Assembly: GCA_030704615.1 (NCBI GenBank)
Contig: CM060734.1
Span: 496,001-560,000 of the forward strand
Reading direction: 5' to 3'
DNA: 64,000 nt
DNA from: Takakia lepidozioides
Lineage: Eukaryota > Plantae > Bryophyta
Under the pieces are notes generated by a model. That model had not been told where the DNA came from. It was given only the letters and a program-made list of their open reading frames with translations, and ran no database searches. The position numbers and the translations under genes are program-made. Shown here piece by piece: positions 44,539 to 57,095 of this stretch. Numbering within the stretch: the first letter of the stretch is position 1; each line of letters begins with the position of its first letter.

Positions 44539-47500
44539 TTACTGATTGCGATTAGCAAACCTTTGTGAGTGAGCACCTTTCTGACGTTGAGAGTTTCGTG
44601 GCGGACTGTGTGTACGAGCTCGAGGTCTGTCTCTGGTTGATGGAGATGGTTGATCACTACCTGGATAAGTGAGGCCCTCTGGAGGCTGATATCGAGGTAA
44701 CCTTTCAGGCATAGGAGACCCCCGTCGCTTCTTCTCTGCCATCTGAATTGCATAGTCTTCTCCCATGTCAAAAGAATTCGGTGAAGAAACAGTTGTATCA
44801 GAATCCTCATCGCCTCTCAGGTGTTTTAATTTTCGAACTTTTTGTGGAATCCTCTAGGGCATACAATGTTGTCCTACCATGTCTGGAAGTTTATATTTGA
44901 CAACCTGCTGTAATCGCTGAACAGCAAAATTGGTGTAGACACTGAGCTCCTTGTCTGTCCAGGTGAGTGGGGTACCAATTACTGGTGCAGCGTGCAAGTA
45001 TTTCCATGCCACATGTCCCTTATAGAAAATATCATCAATGCCGAATTTCTGTGTTGACAAATTGTTCCAGGCCGCTTGAAACCATGAACGAATTTGAGAA
45101 TCCTTTTGCATCATAACTTTTGGGTCATATAGGTACATATGAGGTGGCACCGAAGGTAATACCCAATGATCCCCACTGGAATAACTCAGAAAGCGTGCTT
45201 GCATCTTTTGCTGCTCAATGTGATAACGTACCAGAAAACAAGCAGCGTAGTATAACCCGCATCCCATGACAATATTTGCTACCTCCTTGGTCTTGGTATA
45301 AATGAGTCCATGTACAACCTGGAAAGCAATTAATTCCCTCAATATGGTACCTGCCTCGTGCCAGTACCGTGCAAAGTGATGATCCTCAATATGTCGATTG
45401 TTCGGAAAAACTTTAGTCCTTGTTGCCACTGGCAGCCAAATACGCATGATTTGGTAGTAATGTGCGAATGACTGCGGAGGACTAAATTCTTTCCAAGCCA
45501 AATCCAACATGATGGGAATTTGGTTGAAGGGCATAATTATAGCCCTACTGTACTCCCTTGCAGCTGGAGTTTTAGGTGGGTTAAAAGCAGCATTGCCCCA
45601 CACCTCAGGCTGTGGTGGCTGTGGTGTGGTTGTAGTAACAACAGGTTCAGCTACTGGTACAGTGACTTGTTGTGGTGTTGGTGGTACTGGCTCTTGTATC
45701 ATTGGCATCTCCTGCACCTCCTGTGAAGACTGAAAAGCCAAAGTTCTGGCTTGTAAATAAGAAGCCATTAGCTGTTCCTGAGGGATATAGACTCTTTTGT
45801 CGATGTTTGAAGTGAGGTCCTCCACTTGAGTCTGCAGTCCGTCTACATCCTCCTATAACTCTGCTATCCTACTATAGACATTGTCTATAGTAGTTGTGGC
45901 AATGTTCTGCACCTGCAGCCTGAGCTCATTCATCTCGCTTTGGGTGAGCTTTCGTGGTGTTTTGCCCTCCACTGGCCCTTGTGCTAACCAGACCTGCATA
46001 AGGTGGTTATCCACCAAGTTGCTTGTTGTTCCTCTGAGAGTGTGCTCCTCTCTTTGTTTGAACACATCTAACTGCTGTTGTAGAGCCTGCATGCGCTTCG
46101 CATGAGGTTCAACCAACTTCGCATAGGCAGCAGCCAGATTATTAGCTTCCCTCCAAGCCTTGTTATTGACCGCGATTTCATTTCTATTGGCCATGATGGT
46201 TTGTTGCAACTCCACGATGTGCTTCTCTTGATCAGCTTCAATCTGCCTGTATTGCTTGAAAGTATCCTCATTGCGACAGATTGTATTATTCATATCGACA
46301 ATGAGTTTCATTTGTTCAACATTCTCTTCTTCTGCCTTCGTACATTTTTCCGCTTGACTGTTTATTTCTTTTGTAGATTGGTCAAGCATAGTTGTGAATG
46401 TAGCACATTGTATCGCCATCCTGTCATGCACTGTCTGCAACTCCATATGTAGTGCATTCACTTCTTGCAACTTGCTTTCATGTTGCACCTGCATTTGGTA
46501 TAGCTGTTGCTTATGTGCTTCGTGCAACTGGTCTTGCGCGAGGCCTGCCTCAATCAATTGTTCCTTGACTAATTGCAAAGCCGCTTCTGTATTTCCCAAG
46601 TCCTGCTGCATCTTGAGAGTGACCTCTTCATCGACCTTGTTTGCACACTCAGTGGCTAGTCGAGCCTCAAACTCCTTCCTGAGTTCCTCTCTCAAGGCTG
46701 TCAATTGGGTAGTTGGAACATGGGATTTGACATAAGTCCCCAACAAATTAAGTGTCCTGCCTATGGAACTCATCAGCATTGCCTGTTGAGGGTCATCATG
46801 GTGAGGTTGCTGCTGTTCCTCCTGATCCTCAACCGTGTGATGTCTCACGAACCACTCAGGCCATTGTCCCACCGGATTTTCTTCCTGAACCACTTCATCT
46901 ATCACCGGTGCTGCAGTGTTATGACCTGCTGCCTGTGGTACCTCCGACACAGGTGTGTGTATTATATGTACCTCAGGATTTTCCTTGGGCAACTGTTGCA
47001 CCTCTGGAATCTCTGTCTCCTTGACCAGACCAGAATATTCATAGAGAAGGTCCCCCTTCTCCATTTCTACCACTATCTGTTCTGTAGTTGGAATATCTAA
47101 GCCTTCTCTTTCCAAATCAATTATTTTTGGTTGAGCTGCATAGACAACTTGTAACCTTGTGACAAGCCGATCAGCTGGCTGTGATGGTTGTGATACTGAA
47201 GTAACTTCCTCCTCCCTCTCTGAAGGTCCTGCTTCCAGAAATAGCATTGCTCTGTGTTGCTGTGCCTCTTCCTGCACATGAGCTAGGGAAACATTATCAT
47301 GCGGAATCCGTGAAGCCAGTGGATCCGCCACTACAGTCTTTCCCCGTCTCTGCCTCTTAGTCTCGGGTTGCCTTGCTAGTCCACCCTCACTGTGTGAAGA
47401 GCCTTGCTCTTCCATTGCAGTGGTTTCTGGCTCAAACACTTTCATCTCCTTTCTTTCTTGCGCATCAAGTATGCCAGAATCAAGAATTATTTGAGCAATG

Positions 47501-48302
47501 ATTGGGCCAGACACTATGATAGGAGACTTTGCGGTAGTACCTTGTAATCTTTTCATCTCCTCCACCAGTGCGTTGTACATTATGTCCGCCCATTGTACCT
47601 CTTGTCCCTTCAGGGCTTTGAGTATTTCCTCCGTGAAGGATCTACTCAAATACTGTTGGTTCTGTTTCATGGCAATCAGAACGTTCAATACCTGGCCTAC
47701 CTCTTTAGCCCTGGGTACACAGCCTTGGTACAAGCATAACCCTGAGTTTTAAAGAAACTCCCTTCTTGGAATAAGTCCCCTATTTGCAGTCTTGCCCCGT
47801 GTTCCTCCACATGCACCTGACCTGCTGGCAATCGAAACAATTGCTGGAGGTATAGGGGAGTAATCATTAATTCAACTCCCTTCACCGTTGTTGTTCCTAT
47901 CCTTGGCTCAAAGTTCTGCAAAAATTGTAACATGTACTGTCTATGGTGTAATGTCCAATCTATGCTTTGCAATCCTTGCAATCTCAGCTCCTCCAGTATC
48001 TGTATCGCCTGTGGGGTAGCAATCGTTTGTTTCTGTAGAATTGTGGTGCTCTTCACCCTGATTTCCTCCATTCCTCTCACTCTCTTTATTTTAGACTCAC
48101 AGAACTGTTTTGGCTGTAACAACTGCAGAAATGCCTGTAGTGCACAAAGCATAAACGTATGGTTGCCACAGAAAGCTATGGGTAATTTCTTGTAAGCTTG
48201 CGGGGCTTGCAAGCATCGCTCAAGAGAAAAGCTCCACTCTGTTCTTTCGTGTCTATGCTGCGTAAGTAATATTGCGAGCGTATAATCTGTTAGTTCCTCC
48301 AT
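44539..48302 (-). pseudogene. 3' extra ORF of copy B (~1250 codons, few lesions)
   Basis: ORFs 47697-49415 (tail), 45853-47733, 44854-45825 and 44539-44766; homologous to copy A 3649-7390. Confidence 0.8.
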
Positions 48303-48779
48303 AGTTTCCAAGCTATAGCATTGATGGTCTGTCCCGTCGAGACGCCCGTTATTCAGAACGACGCCGCCTCTTGCGCTCAATTTCCCTCCATTTTCTTGAT
48401 CCTTTCTCTGGTTTTCTATTGGCTGTATCCGCTGTGACTGGATTTTAGATTTTATTTTCTTTAGTGGACTTTCCCTGCTGGATAGTCCACTAGGATCACA
48501 CATGTGACAAGAATTTCGCTTTTCTGTACTTGCCGTTCGTTCCGTTTCCCTTTTTCCGTATTCATTAATGGGCCCGCCTTTCATCCCTTTTGACGGCCGT
48601 TCTTGTCCTCTTTCTTTATGATACATGTTCTTGCACTTCCTTCTCAGCTGTGTGTCGCGCCCTGACTTCCACGTGTCTATTTTTAAACTAGTTTCCGTTT
48701 TTTCTTCTGTCAGCCATTTTCCTGAAGTTATTATGCGTCCACCTGTCACTGATTTTATGGATCGTGTAACCCTAGTAGG

Positions 48780-49050
48780 CTGTGTTGAGCTGTGACAGGC
48801 TGTGTCATACTGGGGTACACTGTGATAGGCTGTGATGCACTGTGGTAAGCTGTGATAGGCTGTGATACGCTGTGGTAAGCTGTGATAGGCTGTGACACGC
48901 TGTGGTAAGCTGTGATAGGCTGTGACACGCCGTGCTGGGCTGTGATAGGCTGTGTCACGTCGTGATGGGCTGTGATAGGCTGTGTCACGTCGTGATTGGC
49001 TGTGATAGGCTGTTGTCCGCCTTGATGGGCTGTGATAGGCTGTGTCACGC
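48780..49050. repeat. 30-bp tandem repeat after integrase (about 9 units)
   Basis: gctgtgataggctgtg core; in-frame TAYHS decapeptides. Confidence 0.9.
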
Positions 49051-52000
49051 TTGTTTTGCCCGCCCTGGTCATATATGCTCGGCCTAGCGACAAGTGCTCC
49101 ATACTCCGTTCGTAACACTGGTGCAGCCCTTGACTGCTCTTGCGTTTCAACATGCAAATCATGTTGTAATGGTTTGTCATGGATACCACTGTACCCCTTC
49201 AACTTATTGGCATTGACTCTTCCCAGCATTTCTTTGTTAATGGTTTGTAACATGGCGGTGTTGTTATCATACATCTTTTGTATGACATAAGGTCCTTTCC
49301 ATGGTGATTTAAGCTTAGAAGCTTTAATCTTTCCCTTTTTCTTCAACCATAAAACCAAATCTCCCGTCTTAAAAGTTTTTAACTTGCCCTCATCAAACTG
49401 TTCCTTCCTCTTCATCTAAATTCTGGTCATATTATCAGCTGCATCAGCATGTACTTCTTCCACATGGTATAATTCATGTTTCCTGACCTTAATGGAATCT
49501 TGCAATTCCATTCTCTTTCCCCACTCCGTTCTCATGGTAGGTAACAGGAATTCCACTGGAAGTAAGGCTTCCATACCATAAACTAATTGGAATGGTGTAT
49601 ACTTAGTGGTGACTTTATAGGAAGTCTTGTATGACCACAAAGCTGTCAGCAGCTTTGTATCCCAATCCGTTCTGTTTGCATTGACTATCTTAGCCAAGAT
49701 AGTACATAGTATTTTGTTGGTAGCCTCTGCCTGCCCATTACCCTGTGGGTAATATGTTGTACTCTTTCTATGTACAATCATGAACTCTTTAGTCAACAAC
49801 TCAATGGTCTCATTCATGAAGTGACTTCCCTGATCACTGATAAATTCTAAGGGACAGCCAAATCGTGTAAGTATGTTCTCGTACAGGAACCTTGCTGTGG
49901 ACTTGGCTGTGTTGTCCCTCAAAGCTTTAGCTTCCACCCACTTCGTAGTATAATCAGTGGCTGTAATTATGTACCTGCTCCGTGTATTCTTGGCTGGTGG
50001 GTTAATTGGTCCAACAAAGTCTAGTCCCCATTTCTGAAATGGTTCCGTAGGCATTGTAGGATGCAAGGCCATCCTCCCAGATCTCTGCAAAGGTCCTAGC
50101 CTCTGACATTCATCACAACTCTGACAATACTCGTGTACATCTTTGAACAAAGTAGGCCACCAGTAACCTGCGAGTAGTATCTTCCTACTTGTAGTCTCTT
50201 CTCCAAAATGACCTCCAGCCACTTCTTTATGAACTTCCGCCAAAACTTTATTTACTTCATGGTGGTACAAGCATCGTTTTAGTACTCCATCAGGTCCTAA
50301 CTTATACATTCTGCTTCCTACCATAGTATAAGGTAAAGCTTTGATAGCGATTCTCTTCCTCTGCTCCTTACCATAACTAGGTGGGCACTGACCATGAGCA
50401 AGGTAGTATCTGATTGGCCACTGCCAATCTAACCAGTCATCTGCACTTCCCTGCACCTCCACTGCAAAGAGACTCGCATCTGGTAATTGATCATCTATTC
50501 CTGTGGCTGGTTCTCCTGTTGACAATCGTGACAAATGATCCGCCACAAGATGCAGTCTCCCAGGCTTGTAAACAACCTCGAACTCAAACTCGTGCAAGAT
50601 TATCAACCATCTTGCTATTCTTCCGCTTATCAGAGGTTTGTTTACCAGGTATATCAGAGCCTGGTGATCCACATAGAACATAAACTTTTGCCCAACAGGT
50701 AATGCCTGAATTTCTTCACTGCATAGATCATTGCCAATGCTTCTCTTTCCGTTGTGCTATAGTTCCTTTCTGCACTGTTCATCAACCGGCTAGCATAGTA
50801 CACAGGTGAATCTATATTTCCTGTAACATTCTGGGCTAACACCGCTCCCAATGCTTCTCCTGATGCATCGCAGTGAACATGAAATACTACATGCCAGTGA
50901 GGGTTAATCAGCACAGGTGTAGTTGTTACTGACAGTGTAAGTTCCTCAAACGCCTGTTGACATTCAGCTGTCCAGGCAAACACTGCATCTTTCTTCAGTA
51001 GTTTGCTCAATGGTGCTGCTATTTGTGCATACCTTGACAAATCTTCTGTAATAACTGGTTTGCCCAAGGAATCTCCTTAGATTCTTAACATTCACTGGTG
51101 GTGAAGAGGCTTTAATGGCCTCTGTCTTCCTGGGATCCACAAGAAGTCCCTTCTTACACACAATGTGTCCCAGAAGCACCCCTGAGTTCACACAGAAAGT
51201 ACACTTCTCTGGATTCAGGCCCAGACCTCTCATCCTGCATCTGGCCAAACATAACTCCAATTTATGCAAGTGCTCATTCTTAGAGCTGTACACACTGAAA
51301 TCATCCAAGAATACCTGCATGAAATCATCCAGATACTCATGAAAAGTTTCACTTATCACTCTCTGAAAGGTCGCTGGTGCATTACAAAGTCCAAAGGGCA
51401 TGACTTTGTATGCATAAGCCCCCCAGTCTGTGATGAAAGCTGTTTTCCCTTGGTCTTCTTCTGCCACTTGCACTTGATTATAACCACTGAAGCCATCCAT
51501 GAATGAGTACATCTCATGGCCTGCCACAGTGTCTAATACTGCTTCTGTGAATGGCAAAGGGAAAGGATCTTTCTTCGTACAAGCATTCAGCTTCTTATAG
51601 TTCACACATACTCTTAGTTTGCCATTCTTCTTGGGAACTATAACAATGGGTGACAACCAAGTTGTATACTCTATTGGGTATATAAACTTAGCCTCAGCCA
51701 ACTTCTTTATCTCTTCTCCAACCTTCTGTGCGTAGTTGGGATTCATTCTATACCTTGCCTGCTTGATTGGTACTGACCCTGGTTCCAGTTCAATCTTATG
51801 CTGACAGACTTCAGGTGGTATCCCTTTTAGATCCTCATAGCTCCAAGCAAATACATCTCTGTATTTGATGAACAAGGCTTTTAGCTTCTTCGAAGAATTC
51901 CGGCTCCAAATCAGCTCCTACTTTCACCATCCTCGGTTCCTCTTTAGTTCCCACATTACTTCCCTCACCTGCTCATCAGCTGTGATTGTCCAACCAGTCA

Positions 52001-55000
52001 CCACTTCATCCTGTAAGCTCACAGTGGCTGGTTCTTCTAGGATTTCTATTTCTCTTTCTCTTTCTTCATAGAAATGTGATGGGTAAATGCTGGTTTCTTC
52101 TTCAGTTGGTGTTGCTGTCACTACACCACTGCAGATACCTCTCAAACAACTTAGGCTTTCCAGCCGCATCTCTACAACCTGCTCCCACTCTGGGTGTGCA
52201 ACAAATAGGGTAGCTTCCTGCTCCTCATCCAGTCTCCTTTCCAGTCATACTCTCTGACTCCTCGAGGTCTTCTTGTAGCAGGTAATCTACTAGATTTCTT
52301 TGTGGTAATTTGTATCTCGTGTATCCCATTATGCACGGTTAGTAACTGAGAATTCCAGTCATGGAATACCCTGGCCTGTTTCAGCCACGGACGTCCCAAT
52401 AATAAGGAGTAAGCCTCCATGACTTCATCCATCTTCAATACAGTTATTGTGATCATAAAGATCATCTTCTGTATCTGTATCTTAACTCCTCTTATTAATC
52501 CCAATGGCTGTACACTTCTTTGATCTGCCATTGTTACTGTAAATGGGGCTGGTTTCATGTTACTTAGACCAAGCTTCTTCCTTAATTGGTCTTTCATGAT
52601 ATTACTCCAGAACCTCCATCTATCAGTACATCAGTTAGTTTTGTGCTTCCAATTCTCAATTGGATTACTGGCATAGAATCATCAAAGTCCATGACTGTTT
52701 CTCGCCCTTCCGGCTTCACATTATAACTGGTCACCTTGCTGTTCAGGTCTGTGTTTCCTGTCTCCTGGGCAATTCGATTGATTGCTTGATACAACCTGTG
52801 CCTACAATAAGGTGCCACTGCTAATAGCTGTCCAATGGTAATTTCTGCTTTGGTCTGGCATATTACTTCAGCCAAAGTCTCTTCATTACTTTGCATGTCT
52901 GCATCTTCTTTCTTCCTTTCTTCTCACTCCTTTCTCTCTTCTCCATCAGAATCAGAGGAATCTGTCACAGGAATATCAGTACTCTTCTGCATTTCCCTTA
53001 TAGTATCTGCCACTTCCTTGTGCAGTTCCTTCTCATCTTTCCAAGTCTCTTCATCTTCAGGCATATCATTGCCACCTTCATTATCATCTTCTTCCTCTAC
53101 TACTGGAGGTATTAGTTTGGCTTTACTTCTTGTTACTATCATTGTACTTACTTCTAGTACAACACATGGTCTAACCATGTGAGCTGCCACCACTGGGCCC
53201 TCATTCACAGGAGCTCTCATCTCATTCTGGTGTCTTATCCAGAATGAACAGGCTGCCCTGCGATGTCCTGGTGATTACAATAGTAACATAGTTCTTCACC
53301 ATTGGGTCCTCGCCCTTGGTCTGTTCTTGGATTATTTCTATAATCCTGATTCCCGGGCTGGTAATTCCCCCTTGGATTACCCTGATAGTTGCCTCTGGAA
53401 TTTCCTTGGTAATTCCCTCTTGAATTACCTCTCCCTTCCATGCCATTGTTATAACCACCAGACCTACCATAGTGGTCCTGATCATTGTTTCTTCTTGGCT
53501 GGGGCTGCACCTGATGCACCCTTACTTGCCTAGATTCTCTTGCAGCTGTCCTTCTGTTGTAGTAACAATTCTCAGTAGAATGGTTATCCATTTTACATAT
53601 AGTACAGTGTTTCTCCCTCATGTGGCATTCTGTGGTGGTATGGCCTTCATTCTGGCACTTTGCACACCATACACCCTTCCTCCAATGTGTTGCAGCCTCT
53701 GTGGCATATTTCTTCAAGATTTCTTCCAATCTTTTTCATAGTTATCCCTCTTCAACTTCTCCTTTCTCTTACTCTTCCTTTTAGTTCTTGCTCTTCTTCT
53801 TCATCTGACTCATCCTCAGAGTCCTCATCATCTCTTTTCTCTCTCCTGAGCATTCCCAATTGCTCAATTCTGTTTGCAGTTTCAAATGCCTTCTCCACTG
53901 TATTATGGGGTAACATATCCACTTTCTTTTGCAACTCTGGTCTTAGTCCACTCACAAACCAAGTCTTCTGTAAACCGGGTGCTGGTACTGCAGCCAACTT
54001 TTTCATCATCAATTCCATCTTTTCCATTTACTCCTCAACAGTTTCATGCTTCTTTTGCTTTAACTGTTGTAAACTTCCATACACTTCATCTTCAATTTTA
54101 CTTGTCCTGAACCTATTTCGAAATGCTGTACTCAAGCCATTCCAGGTTATGAAATGATTATCAGGGAATCTTGCATACCATTCACTTGCTTTCTTGATGA
54201 GTGAACAAGGAAACAATCTCATCTTGGCATCATCGCCATTCTCATTGTTCACTATACACATGTGCTCAAATTGGCTAATGTGTACATCGGGATCCCTTTT
54301 TCCTGAATATATTGGAAAGGGTGGTTTTGCCCGTGTTGGTTGTAACGCCATCTGTGGCCCTACCTTCTGCCCACTGACAGGTGCTGGCACCCTTACTGGT
54401 GCTGGTCCTTCTGGACCTGTTGTTTTTGTGGTGGATCTTCCACCAAGTGGTGGCCCTTGAGCACTCCCTGCTTCTAGCCCCACTATATTCACAGTATTCC
54501 CAGCTTCAGTTGCACTACTTCCCACACTCCCTGTCCCCCAGAGCCAGATCCAGGCCGCCCGCCTGATCCCCCTGAGCCGACACCTTCGTTGGCCTGTGAT
54601 CCAAGTGCTCCACTTGATCCAGGTCCAACGGGTTGGGATGTCCTGGTTGTAGTCTCAACCTCAGCTGTTGGGTCTACTTCCTCATATTCTTCCTCTTCCA
54701 ATTTCTTCTCTCTGTTTTCATCCTCCAAGTTCTGCCCTTGGGTTTCTTCTTCACTCATGTAACTCAACTGTAATGGTGTTGGAGAGTCTGAACTCTCCGT
54801 TGGCTCTGCCACATCCTCTTCTCCTTCTTCACCTTCTTCTTCAGAAACTGGAGTTCCTGCTTTTGGTGTTCCATGCCAACTCTTATCAAAGATTTTTGTC
54901 AAATCTTTTATCCAAGGATGTACCTCAGATCTTTCACCTCGTGATTGATCTTCTTCCTGTACCAATTCCCTTAATCTTTCTTGCAAAGAAACAGAAGGAG

Positions 55001-55182
55001 TGGCATCCAACTCTAGTTTCTTCCGGTATAGGTGATGTACTCTTTGATCTTAATGGTGTGAGAGGTCTAGATGATTCCCCTATGTCTATTCCTCTCTCCC
55101 AAAGATATGGATAATTAGCTTTCAGATAGCTTTCTCTTTTTGCTGAATATCTCTGGCGTCTAGCTTCTCTTTCATCACTCAT
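49051..55182 (-). pseudogene. gag-pol of copy B
   Basis: Same Gag, PR, RT, RH and INT motifs as copy A; integrase D..D..E core in ORF 49416-50681; multiple frameshifts. Confidence 0.95.
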
Positions 55183-55203
55183 GTCCCATGTCTTTCATTT
55201 CTT

Positions 55204-55880
55204 TTAATGTGGCAATAACCATAACTCTCTTCTGTAATATCTCTCGTATATGCCTGGGTTTCTTTCAAGCTTCAATGCACCCTTGGCTATACTTGAAGTC
55301 TCCGTTACCATATAACCATATGGCAAACTTGGTGTGAGTTTGATCCACAAAATATCCTTTGGAATCCAATTCTTTACCAGTACAAGCTCTTCATGCATAT
55401 GAGTATAAACATTCACTTTTCTTTCCTCCCAGCCTTCAAACTCTACTCGCTTAATGGATAGCAATGCTATCACATAAACCAACGTTGGTAACCAACGTGC
55501 TCTTCCTCTACAGGCTACCTGATAAATCTTTATCACTCCTTTCTCCAGACCCCATTCCGGATCAGCATCATGCACTCGCTTAAGAATATTTTTTACAACC
55601 GTCTGGCAATTCCAAGAACCTTTGAAAGAATTGTTTGGACAATCTTTCTTCTTCTTTCCACACATGGAATTTGATTCACTTCAAATTCTTTAATGGTCCA
55701 ACCACCATGATCCCACCAGATGCTTGTCACATCTGGTTGTTCATGACTCAATTCCCCATTATGGTCGCCAAATGTCGCGCTGCTTTAACTCACCCATCCC
55801 TTCGCTATCCGAGGCGGAAACTCCAAGATAGAAGAGTTGGAAATCTCTAAGTACTCAGCCCGCGCAGAACAATCAGTCAT
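55204..55880 (-). pseudogene. 5' extra ORF (ORF0) of copy B
   Basis: MTDCS..LEISNSSILEFPPRIAKGW..WWDHGGW..DADPEWGLEKGVIKIYQ..ERNPGIYERYYRR.WLLPH conserved with copy A. Confidence 0.65.
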
Positions 55881-56801
55881 GACCTACAGCTAGTGTATCA
55901 CGGGGGTGTTTCCTATTTGTTTTCCTTTTGGCATTCATGTTAGCTACCTTACCATTGATAATTAAGTATCAGTTTGCTTTATCAATCTATTGGATTCCAT
56001 CAACTCATCCATTCATTCCACAGCTTCACTCAAATCTCTCTACACAGTGTGATTGTATCGTATAAGTATCCGATTAGGATTTATCAGGTATCAGGCCGAA
56101 GCCATTGTGTCTCTAATCTGCTCTACTATATCACTACCAGCTTTGCATATAACGAGCATCTACTAATCCTCTTTCCTCCTTCACCGCGCTCTCCATCTTG
56201 GCTTCCGATCTCCTCCCATGCATGACCCCGAAGTCCTCCCCCTTCCGTGCTTCCCAGAATCCCCCTATTCCATCCTTGCTTCTCCCTTTTTCTTCCTACC
56301 CGTGGCTCTAACCGTTTTCCTCACTAACCGTCGTCCGTGAACTAACATGTTCCATTTGCAGGTGTTGTTCCCCACAGTCGTTCCCTGTCCTGCTCTCCAT
56401 TCCCTATGGTCGTGACAGTTGTGTCAAGCTGTGACTGGCTGTGTGAAACTGTGACGGGCTGTGACTGGCTGTGCGACTGTGACGGGCTGTGTCGGCTGTG
56501 TCGGCTGTTATGGCGGTCTGTGTTGGCTGTGTCGGCTGTGACGACTGTGACGGGCTGGTGGGCTGTGTCGGCTGTGACAGGCTGTGTTGGCTGTGTCGGC
56601 TGTGTCGGCTGTGACGGTCTGTGTTGGCTGTGTGGGCTGTGACGACTGTGATGGCTGTGTGGGCTGTGACGGGCTGTGTAACCCCCCTCTACAGTGTGTT
56701 GCTGTCACCCCTAAGGCTCCTGTTGGTCTCAGTTTGTGCAAAAATTAAGGGTACCCTACAGATCCCGTATAAGTGTCTAAGTCCCAGACAGTCCTCTAAC
56801 A
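55773..56801 (-). repeat. 5' LTR of copy B
   Basis: Matches 43547-44500 with a longer minisatellite. Confidence 0.95.
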
Positions 56802-56849
56802 ATAACCAGGGGACCTATTTCCGTGGGAACGAGTGTAAATGTAATGCGT

Positions 56850-57095
56850 ACCTGGATGTGAAGTTGGATGAACGTTGGATGAATGATGGGTGGATGAAAA
56901 ATATTGGATGGATGTTGGATGGATGAGAAATATTTGATGGATGGTGGATGGATGTTTTGTTTGTTTACATGCATGATGGCTGAGTGTGGGGTGAATGATG
57001 GATGATATATGCTGGAACACTGGATGAATGACGGAGTGTCAAACTTGGAATGGTTGAATTTCGGACGGTTGATGGATGGACTTATGTTTTGGATG
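56850..57095. repeat. TGGATG-rich degenerate repeat downstream of the ParB-MTase gene
   Basis: Dense ggatg/tggatga words in one orientation. Confidence 0.6.

Larger units (their letters stand above)
43547..56801 (-). mobile_element. Full-length Ty3/gypsy LTR retrotransposon, copy B (sister subfamily of copy A)
   Basis: LTRs at 43547-44500 and 55773-56801; TSD ATAAC at 43542-43546 and 56802-56806; PPT 44501-44516; PBS 55753-55770 (TGGCGACCATAATGGGGA). Confidence 0.97.
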
